Positions 35,501 to 46,639 of a DNA stretch of 64,000 bases are shown here, in pieces. Each line of letters begins with the position of its first letter. Positions within the stretch are counted from its first letter, which is position 1. The stretch comes from Lingula anatina (lineage: Eukaryota > Animalia > Brachiopoda): positions 16,930,848-16,994,847 of the forward strand of contig CM120643.1 of assembly GCA_051362555.1 (NCBI GenBank). The letters run 5' to 3'. The position numbers were made by a program, and so were the translations under genes. Under the pieces are notes generated by a model. It was not told the DNA's origin. It saw only the letters and a list, made by a program, of their open reading frames with translations, and ran no database searches.

Positions 35501-38500
35501 ATTCCAATTGTTTCCCCTAATCATTTGAAATGTATGTAAAAGAACTTCCAATTTGTGCTGAGGAATCCATTTAAAGGATTGGTGTTTTCTTTTTCTTGTC
35601 AATATGCTTCTTAAACCATTTAATAATTGATGAAACAATGGTCAATTTGTCTTCAGACATACAAATATATATAAATGGATTTGACTTTGCAGTTCCAAAA
35701 CCTAAATATTTACTCATTCATTTGATAAAAATAGAAACAACATCTCATTCTTTCAAAGAAATTAATGTGGACATTTTAACTTCATGGTTCTTTCTCAAAT
35801 CATTTATAATTAATTACAGAGTAGCAACATCATGGCTTTTTATCAAGACTGGTTACAACCTCAAAAGAAAATACTTTGACAATTAATTTTTCAACTCTAC
35901 TTCTTTTTGTTTTGTTTATATATTTTGCAACTTTTCAAATTCAGCAAATTTCAGAAAAAGGCTTCTTAAGCATTGTTTTTAAGCTTCGTCAATTTAAGTT
36001 ACTCAAAACAGAACTTCGCAATGTCACAACCATTTCCAGGTTCATTTTTTTTAGAAACTTGAGATGTCTGTTTAGAATTTATCACAGTTTCAGTAGGCAT
36101 ACATTTCTTTTTATCAAAAATACATCAAGTTTTTGCCTAACATAAAAAACAGTGAACATTCAACAAAAAATGCAAAACTTCTAAATCTTACTTCAAAATA
36201 TCTCAGGGGTTTTCAACCATACGACGGGATAATAAATTCTTTGGAAGAATTTCTGTTCAAAACCAGTCTCCAGTATGTCACAAACACACCTACCCTGTTC
36301 TGCCTACTCAATGTCCATATTCAGACATATTTTGAATCTTTATACATCCTGCAAGACCTTATTCTTCGAATTGAGTCTATAAAGCAAAAGTGTACTCCAC
36401 CCTTGTAACTACAGAGAAACAACCACTATTTAGGAAAAATACTTTTCTCATGCAATGTGCCTAAGCTTCTTCAATTCAATTCTATTTTTTACACTCTTCA
36501 TGTAAGAAAAAAAACAAGACTTACCAATCACCTTCACCTTGAATACCATCATGTACTGATCACAGCCAGTAACTGAACAGAAGACAGTCCTGCTGATATC
36601 AGAGACAGACACTACTACAACTTCTGCTTATTTTCAGTCTCAACTCCCCCCATAACCAGCCACTATCTGGGAGGATCAATTCCTCAATCAAGGTGGAAAT
36701 ATAGGTGTCCAACAAGTGCACAAACAAACAGATTGGTAAGAAAAATAGTAGTATCACCAGTAACAGCTGTCCAGCTTTTACCTTCTAACGCCTAAGCTTA
36801 TCTCTCACTTACACTTGTGAAAACATAATCAAGAAGTTCTGTTTGATGAACTCATCAGCCCAGCCCACTCATACATACTCAGGGCTTAATTTGAAAGGTA
36901 GCGATGTGATCATGAATATCTTAATGAAATATTGCACAGGATAAAAATTCCATAAGGTGATGTGTAAGCATGAATTAAATCTATTGAAAAAAAAATGACT
37001 ACATCCTTTAACCTACATGCTTTACCTCACCATTATCTCATCATAGCATATAGGAGGGGCAAAATGTGCTGATTCAGGGCCTATGATTTCTGCAATAGGG
37101 CCTTCCATGTGTATGACAAACAGCACTTAAGAATCCAGACAAGGACAGCAGGTAAATTAGAAGAGGAAGTGATAGTTTAGAGGTACACAGACAATAAACC
37201 CCATTGTGCTATAGCAGAGTTGTTGACATAAGCTGTGTACTTAACATTAAAATCCAATTACAACTGACCCTATCCAGTAATTAGCCAAGATGACACCCAA
37301 CCTCGCTCGCTCTCCACGGTACGACTAGTGAAAAAATTCCTGTAATGCTTTGTACTGTTACTTTTTGTATAAATTTGAATGTAATTAGGCCAGTTCATTA
37401 TTGGACATATTGTAAGTGCATGCAGTTAATTTGTTTCCGTGCGTTTTAATTGTTTTTAAAATGTACCCATGTACATAGTGCTGATAGTGTCTTGGCAAGG
37501 GTTATATGGTGCTTTGAGTTTATTAAGAGAAGTCATCGCCATTCAGGAGAGACATTATCAAATAAAGACACATCTCGTGCAATTTATAGCAGATGATCTG
37601 CAATTCACATCAATTTTGATAAATGCCATGAATATCTAAATAAATTCACGTGTTAACAATTTTATGCTTGATTGAAACTGTTCACAGTTACAAAAAAAAT
37701 ATATCCAATGTTTGCTTTGTTTTGCTGGCACATTTGTCTTATGGTTTTGGGTGTCTACAAGTCAAAGGTTTTCCAGAAACTTTCAGTCATCACTGATGCA
37801 AACCTTACAGGTCATAAAATTTTTATTTTGATGACTTTTTTTCTCTAGAAAGAGCACATGCTATTTCAAAGCAAAAACAATAATGGAGTTTTAATCTAAT
37901 TTCCAAGCTGTAACTCATGGGTCACAATGTGTCAAGATCTTGAGATTGAACAGATTTCAAAAATGGAGTGAACTACACCAAGCTCTTCTCCAACAACCTG
38001 TTAGTAAAAAAAAACAAAAGCCGTTTTTATAAACAAGTTGTTTTTCATTACAAAATGGGTGGTCTTTGGGATATAAATATCCACGTCACATTCAATTATT
38101 CCAATATGATATCAAAACCAGAAAAAACAATGGTTCCAATTTTAATTCTCCACCCACAGGAACGGTAAGTCTATCTCCATGGTTGAAACATAACAAAGAA
38201 AGATCTGTTTATCGCAGCTTGGGGATTTCATTGCTATGAAACAAAATTGATTGACTACTATTCCTAGAATATCCATTGTGTCTCTGTTTCACTGGGATAA
38301 CAAAAATAACCGCAAGACAAGTATCACAAGTGGTTTTCATCTTGGAAACAAAGAAATGGGGCATACACATACTCCTGTTGAGAACCAAAAACAAAATGGG
38401 TCCATTCTCACCCAAATCCTGTATCAAACTGTGAATACAACAACAGACCCGGAAGACAAACTCAACTAATGCTACAAGGTAAAGAATACTGAATACTTTC

Positions 38501-41500
38501 GTCAAACCATGCAGAAAGAATTTTTTGCAAGGGACCTTTCATAAAACATGAAGTCAAAGCTGCAGAATGTGTTGCACAATTTGAAAGTATCACCTTGTCC
38601 CCTGCTCTCTCTTTCTCTATCTGTGTGTGAGTGTGTGTGTGTATGCATGTGCATGTGTTCTAACTGTCATCCTTTCAACTTTTTCCTTTTCCCAAAACAA
38701 ATCCCATCACATTTGTACCTAACAGAGCAATCTCAGTTGAAGTTAAACCAAACAGAAGACTCCACTTGGTTTCATCTTTCAATCACCTTCTTTCCTGGAG
38801 AACAAAATCATTTTAAAGATCCCAAAAGGAGGAAATGTCACCAACAACACCTGTCATCACTGAAAAAGTCCATTTTACATAAGAAACCATATAAAATAAT
38901 TTCCACTCACCTTGCTGTGATAATAAAACCCTAGTCTGATAAAAAGGCATCATTGTCCCTGGCAGAGTAAAAACCATCTTCAATCAATGTAGAACTTGAA
39001 TAACACTCTCAAGTCTGCTTCCATGGCAACAAGTAAATATTTCACTTTCTCTTTGTTAATAGTTTTTAACTATCTGCACACTATACAAGAAAATACAGCT
39101 TATTAAAAAAAAAACTGATCCTACTATCTATAAATCTATGCAAAACCTCCACAGGTGTCCTGAGAGATACCGACTCCTAGACTTCATCAGTACTCAATGA
39201 AAATGATCACAGAATCAGTGCATTACCTGCTACTACTACTACTACATAGAAGGTATATAAGAAAGAAGGCACTGTACTGAACAGTGGATGCAATGACAGT
39301 TACTGTAATGCACTCCCTTTTCTAAGGTCGCATTCAGAAAGACTCTTACAAGCATGGACTTAGTCCTAACTTTAGGAAGGCTTTAGAGGTTTGATTGCAA
39401 TCACTCATTATGTCATACCATCTGCAATGCCTAAAATTACAGTGATTGCTTTTCAGAGGGTTGAACACATGTAAATCTTGGAGGTAAATTAAAAACTTTT
39501 TTTATGAAAACTGTCTTGAATGCGGCCACTGTCCCCTGTGGAATGACAGTGATACCTGCTCTCATGTCATTTGACCATGACTTTTACGTAGGAATGTAAT
39601 TTAGTGTACCGAATATGAACTTGATAACACTGACAAAACTGTTTCATCATAAACTTACTCATCATAAACTTACTCATCATTTTTAAAAATATTTTAACAT
39701 CCAATTCTTTTATTCTATTTTTTCCTCTTAGTTCCTCCCCCCCCTCCCCCATATAAAATGGTTTAGAGAGCTGATAAATGTGACAACATATAACTAGAGG
39801 ATCAGAGAGGCGATACCGCCTCCGAATATTGTACCACCAGCTGGAGCAAGCGCATTCGTATAGACCCCCACATACACAAAATAAGGGACACAGCCACCAG
39901 TTTTGTGCTTGACAAGCTGTAAAAATGCAATCAACAAGAATTTTTAAACTATTGCAAAAAACATATATGGTACAATCAAATTTAAGTTCTTCGTAAGGTA
40001 GGTCAAGGGTCAATTTCAAGGTCACAGTAAATTGCCAGTATATGACTTCATATTCAAGTTCAAGAATAACTATGAACCTATCTCTGTCAAGTTTGAAGTT
40101 AAAAGAGAAAAAAAGTTCAGTTCATGATAAAAAGTAGGTCAAAGGTCAATTTCAAGGTCACACTTATATTGCCAGTATAGGACTTCCTATTCAAGTTTAA
40201 TAATAACTATGGACCTATCTCTGTCAGTTTTGGAGATAAAACGGAAGCAAAATTTGCAAAATTCAGTTCATGGTGAAAAGTAGGTCAAAGGTCAATTTCA
40301 AGGTCACATTTAGATTGCCAGTATATGACTTTCTATTCAAGTTCAATAGTAACGATGGACCTATCTCTGCCAGTTTTGGAGATAAAAGGAAAGCAAAATT
40401 TGCAAAGTTCAGTTCATGGTGAAAAGTAGGTCAAAGGTCAATATTAAGGTCACATTTATATTGCCAGTATATGACTTCCTATTCAAGTTCAATAGTAACT
40501 ATGGACCTATCTCTGCTATTTTGGAGATATAAGGGACTAAATGTTATTATTTTGGAGTTACCATAATGTGCCTTAAATTTCGTACAGAAAAAATTAATTA
40601 AAATAAAGAAAATGTCATTTTGGTCAAAATTCTTGAAATAGGAGGTGCTCTGAAGTTTCAGAAGTTCAAGTTTGATGAAATAATGTCATTTTTGAACACA
40701 AGTTGTCTGCTTTGCCAAGCCTTATGTTTTATTTTTCCAGAGTTCAAAATTTATTATCCATTACCGTACTGCACATTTTGCTTTTACCACCAATATGTGC
40801 TTTTTGATACAGCGTAACTCGAAAACCGTATGGAATAAAAAAAAAACCCGAGACCACCTCCAGTATTGGGCTTTACATGCAAAGTTCAGTTCATGGTGAA
40901 AAGTAGGTCAAAGGTCAATTTTAAGGTCACATTTAATTGCCAGTATATGACTTCCTATTCAAGTTCAGTAGTAACTATGGACCTATCTCTGCCAGTTTTG
41001 GAGATAAAAGGGAAGCAAAATTTGCAAAGTTCAGTTCATGGTGAAAAGTAGGTCAAAGGTCAATTTTAAGGTCACATTTAGATTGCCAGTATATGACTTC
41101 CTATTCAAGTTCAATAGTAACTATGGACCTATCTCTGCCAGTTTTGGAGATATAAGGGACTAAATGTTATAATTTTGGAGTTACCATATTGTGCCTTAAA
41201 TTTCGTACAGAAAAAATTAATTAAAATAAAGAAAATGTCTTTTTGGTCAAAATTCTTGAAATAGGAGGTGCTCTGAAGTTTCAGAAGTTCAAGTTTGATG
41301 AAATAATGTCATTTTTGAACACAAGTTGTCTGCTTTGCCAAGCCTTATGTTTTATTTTTCCAGAGTTCAAAATTTATTATCCATTACCGTACTGCACATT
41401 TTGCTTTTACCACCAATATGTACTTTTTGATACAGCGTAACTCGAAAACCGTATGGAATACAAAAAAACCCGAGACCACCTCCAGTATTGGGCTTTACAT

Positions 41501-44500
41501 GCAAAGTTCAGTTCATGGTGAAAAGTAGGTCAAAGGTCAATTTTAAGGTCACATTTAATTGCCAGTATATGACTTCCTATTCAAGTTCAGTAGTAACTAT
41601 GGACCTATCTCTGCCAGTTTTGGAGATAAAAGGGAAGCAAAATTTGCAAAGTTCAGTTCATGGTGAAAAGTAGGTCAAAGGTCAATTTTAAGGTCACATT
41701 TAGATTGCCAGTATATGACTTCCTATTCAAGTTCAATAGTAACTATGGACCTATCTCTGCCAGTTTTGGAGATAAAACGGAAGCAAATTTTGCAAAGTTC
41801 AGTTTATGGTGAAAAGTAGGTCAAAGGTCAATTTTAAGGTCACATTTAGATTGCCAGTATATGACTTCCTATTCAAGTTCAATAGTAACTACAGACCTAT
41901 CTCAGCCAGTTTTGGAGATAAAAGGAAAGCAAAATTTGCAAAGTTAAGTTCATGGTGAAAAGTAGGTCAAAGGTCAATTTTAAGGTCACATTTAGATTGC
42001 CAGTATATGACTTCCTATTCAAGTTCAATAGTAACTATGGACCTATCAGTTCATGGTGAAAAGTAGGTCAAAGGTCAATTTTAAGGTCACATTTATATTG
42101 CCAGTATATGACTTCCTATTCAAGTTCAATAGTAACTATGGACCTATCTCTGCCAGTTTTGGAGATAAAAGGGAAGCAAAATTTGCAAAGTTCAGTTCAT
42201 GGTGAAAAGTAAGTCAAAGGTCAATTTTAAGGTCACATTTAGATTGCCAGTATATGACTTCCTATTCAAGTTCAATAGTAACTATGGACCTATCTCTGCC
42301 AGTTTTGGAGATAAAAGGGAAGCAAAATTTGCAAAGTTCAGTTAATGGTGAAAAGTAGGTCAAAGGTCAATTTTAAGATCACATTTATATTGCCAGTATA
42401 TGACTTCCTATTCAAGTTCAATAGTAACTATGGACCTATCTCTGCCAGTTTTGGAGATAAAAGGGAAGCAAAATTTGCAAAGTTCAGTTCATGGTGAAAA
42501 GTAGGTCAAAGGTCAATTTTAAGGTCACATTTAGATTGCCAGTATATGACTTCCTATTCAATTTCAATAGTAACTATAGACCTATCTCTGCCAGTTTTGG
42601 AGATAAAAGGGAAGCAAAATTTGCAAAGTTCAGTTCATGGTGAAAAGTAGGTCAAAGGTCAATTTTAAGGTCACATTTATATTGCCAGTATATGACTTCC
42701 TATTCAAGTTCAATAGTAACTATGAACCTATCTCTGCCAGTTTTGGAGATATAAGGGACTAAATGTTATTATTTTGGAGTTACCATAATGTGCCTTAAAT
42801 TTCGTACAGAAAAAATTAATTAAAATAAAGAAAATGTCATTTTGGTCAAAATTCTTGAAATAGGAGGTGCTCTGAAGTTTCAGAAGTTCAAGTTTGATGA
42901 AATAATGTCATTTTTGAACACATTGTCTGCTTTGCCAAGCCTTATGTTTTATTTTTCCAGAGTTCAAAATTTATTATCCATTACCGTACTGCACATTTTG
43001 CTTTTACCACCAATATGTACTTTTTGATACAGCGTAACTCGAAAACCGTATGGAATACAAAAAAACCAAGACCACCTCCAGTATTAGGCTTTACATGCAA
43101 AGTTCAGTTCATGGTGAAAAGTAGGTCAAAGGTCAATTTTAAGGTCACATTTAGATTGCCAGTATATGACTTCCTATTCAAGTTCAATAGTAACTATGGA
43201 CCTATCTCTGCCAGTTTTGGAGATAAAAGGGAAGCAAAATTTGCAAAGTTCAGTTCATGGTGAAAAGTAGGTCAAAGGTCAATTTAAAGGTCACATTTAG
43301 ATTGCCAGTATATGACTTCCTATTCAAGTTCAATAGTAACTATGGACCTATCTCTGCCAGTTTTGGAGATATAAGGGACTAAATGTTATAATTTTGGAGT
43401 TACCATAATGTGCCTTAAATTTCGTACAGAAAAAATTAATTAAAATAAAGAAAATGTCATTTTGGTCAAAATTCTTGAAATAGGAGGTGCTCTGAAGTTT
43501 CAGAAGTTCAAGTTTGATGAAATAATGTCATTTTTGAACACATTGTCTGCTTTGCCAAGCCTTATGTTTTATTTTTCCAGAGTTCAAAATTTATTATCCA
43601 TTACCGTACTGCACATTTTGCTTTTACCACCAATATGTACTTTTTGATACAGCGTAACTCGAAAACCGTATGGAATACAAAAAAACTCGAGACCACCTCC
43701 AGTATTGGGCTTTACATGCAAAGTTCAGTTCATGGTGAAAAGTAGGTCAAAGGTCAATTTTAAGGTCACATTTAATTGCCAGTATATGACTTCCTATTCA
43801 AGTTCAGTAGTAACTATGGACCTATCTCTGCCAGTTTTGGAGATAAAAGGGAAGCAAAATTTGCAAAGTTCAGTTCATGGTGAAAAGTAGGTCAAAGGTC
43901 AATTTTAAGGTCACATTTAGATTGCCAGTATATGACTTCCTATTCAAGTTCAATAGTAACTATGGACCTATCTCTGCCAGTTTTGGAGATAAAACGGAAG
44001 CAAATTTTGCAAAGTTCAGTTTATGGTGAAAAGTAGGTCAAAGGTCAATTTTAAGGTCACATTTAGATTGCCAGTATATGACTTCCTATTCAAGTTCAAT
44101 AGTAACTACGGACCTATCTCAGCCAGTTTTGGAGATAAAAGGAAAGCAAAATTTGCAAAGTTCAGTTTATGGTGAAAAGTAGGTCAAAGGTCAATTTTAA
44201 GGTCACATATAGATTGCCAGTATATGACTTCCTATTCAAGTTCAATAGTAACTATGGGCCTATCTCTGCCAGTTTTGGAGATAAAAGGGAAGAAAAATTT
44301 GCAAAGTTCAGTTCATGGTGAAAAGTAGGTCAAAGGTCAATTTTAAGGTCACATATAGATTGCCAGTATATGACTTCCTATCCAACTTCAATAGTAACTA
44401 TAGACCTATCTCTGCCAGTTTTGGAGATATAAGGGACTAAATGCTATAATTTTGGAGTTACCATAATGTGCCTTAAATTTCGTACAGAAAAAATTAATTA

Positions 44501-46605
44501 AAATAAAGAAAATGTCATTTTGGTCAAAATTCTTGAAATAGGAGGTGCTCTGAAGTTTCAGAAGTTCAAATTTGATGAAATTATGTCATTTTTGAACACA
44601 AGTTGTCTGCTTTGCCAAGCCTAATGTTTTATTTTTCCAGAGTTCAAAATTTATTATCCATTACCGTACTGCACATTTTGCTTTTACCACCAATATGTAC
44701 TTTTTGATACAGCGTAACTCGAAAACCGTATGGAATACAAAAAAACCGAGACCACCTCCAGTGTTGGGCTTTACATGCTCTACAAAATGCAAAAAAGAAT
44801 GGGTCTCTAGCATTAACGGTTCCCGAATTAGAGACAGTTTTCAGTTTCGGTATCTTATGGCCGCTACTCCCGTGAAAATGCACCGATTGACCCTAAATTC
44901 ATGGAGATGAAAGATGACCTGAAGGGTAACACTTTCCAATAATATTATTGGTTAAGTCTGTGTGGTGTCTGAATAACAGGGCAAAAAAATTTTTTTTCGT
45001 AAAAAATTTCATTTTTTTGAAAATTTTGGCCCATTTGACCTTGAAGTAAAGGTCAAAGGTCAAATCCAAGGGTATATTTGAAATCTACACATATGACTTT
45101 TGGAAAGCCGTCTATAGAAATTTTTCCCATAACTCCTTCCGTAGGGTAGATAATTAGCATTTAATTTTGCCATTTTTAGACAAGGGTGCATTGCAATGAG
45201 TGCCACACCCAGACCCCAATACCGACAAAGCCCAAATTTTACGTGGAACGAGTTGAGATTATAGGTGACCTAAATCCATGAGATGGGTATGGGGGGCCTT
45301 ACCGTCTAGGAGGAGAAGCGGTAACGGTAGCCGTCCGGCGGAGCCGGCGGAACCGGCGGAGCCGGCGGAGCCGGCGGAACGATCCGGACGAGACCGAAAC
45401 CATGTGTACCGCCAGCGCTAACGCTGGTGGTACAATGATCTATTTTTACGATATTTATTTTGAATATTTACTAATATTAAAGCAGGTGTTCTTTGCATAA
45501 GTGTTCAAAGAATAAAAATCATAAAAAGCCTTGTTTTAGGAACAGCTGTAAAATGAACCACTGTCACATCACCCAATACTACTAGTGCTAAAAAGGGGAG
45601 ATGACAATGATCAGTTTATCATTTAATCCATCTTTCAAATGTGAGCTAGATTTGTTCACTCCCTCTGTACTAGCTGAGATAGCTCACCTGCCGCTTGAAA
45701 AAAAAAAAAGCAAGCCACATTCCACTAATTATAAAACACTGATAAACAAATGTAGTAATTACATTCGAGAAGGAAATACACACAGATTGTACATAACACC
45801 CTATACCTTGGAGCAGCATCACAATAGGACTTCTATTTCTACAACTTAATTCCTTTGCATGGGCCTTGGATCAAAGAGCATAACTTGATCTATCAATCTT
45901 TTCATCTCTGTCATAAACCTGGCCGTGGCTGTTCCCACTGGATTATAGCCAAGTTTAAATTAGTTATCAGACAGACGCTGCTAATTGCTGGAGCCGGCTG
46001 ATTACAGGGTGTGTAGAGAAGTGTGAACAGCTGTATTATGGGGCAGTAGGGGGTGGTAGGACTGGCAGAGCTACTTGTACAGCAGGGACACCTGTTTCAT
46101 GAAATGGCTAAAGCTGAAAAGAAGTTTTGGCAAAGACTGCTTAAAATTCAAGCCAAATTGCATTGCCCGAATTATTGAAAAGGGTGCTTCTTTAGACAAC
46201 CAGGACCGCGCTATTTTCACTAATTTACAACTGCCTGGACAATGATTTTAACAATTGTTTGTATCGATAGTCCATGTAGGTATGTCAAGTTGTCAAAAAC
46301 AGCGTTTGCCAATCTTTTATAAAAATAAGAGGGCCAGTTCAAATGCACAATGCAGTCAAACAATTTAGATGTTATAAAGAATGTGGCCCACTATATCACA
46401 ATGTGTAATAAGGAAAGAAAAAATATTCTCAACCAACCACCACCTAGTCAACCAAAGTAACTGAGCGTATACTGCAATTGTAAAATCTGATCACAGTTAT
46501 TGTATAAACAATATTGTAATTTACTATTGTAATTTTAGTTATATGATTATATAATGTATACTGTTAGGTCATAGTCATTGTAAAAAATGTACTTGAACTG
46601 CAATA

Positions 46606-46639
<34 letters not shown>

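Larger units (their letters stand above)
39792..45436 (-). mobile_element. Non-autonomous Helentron-type element (HINE/DINE-1-like) carrying an internal satellite array
   Basis: Perfect 14 bp subterminal inverted repeats ATTGTACCACCAGC (39828-39841) and GCTGGTGGTACAAT (45423-45436); extra internal IR giving a 13 bp hairpin 45405-45434; GC-rich short tandem repeat beside it (45335-45379); small palindrome GAGGCG-ATAC-CGCCTC (39807-39822) distal to the other subTIR; no obvious target-site duplication; no Rep/helicase ORF. This asymmetric layout is the established Helentron/DINE-1 architecture, oriented on the minus strand. Confidence 0.85.

Noticed and set aside
39985-44778. Repeat-spacer appearance suggesting a CRISPR-like array
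   Set aside because: Units are 146 bp, the intervening B blocks are near-identical rather than unique spacers, there are no cas genes, and the context is a eukaryotic intron.
40620-44910. Recurring 61-82 aa ORFs in the array (MVKILEIGG..., MGFTCKVQF...)
   Set aside because: Mostly TTG starts, frames broken by indels between copies, no domain resemblance; by-products of the tandem repeat.
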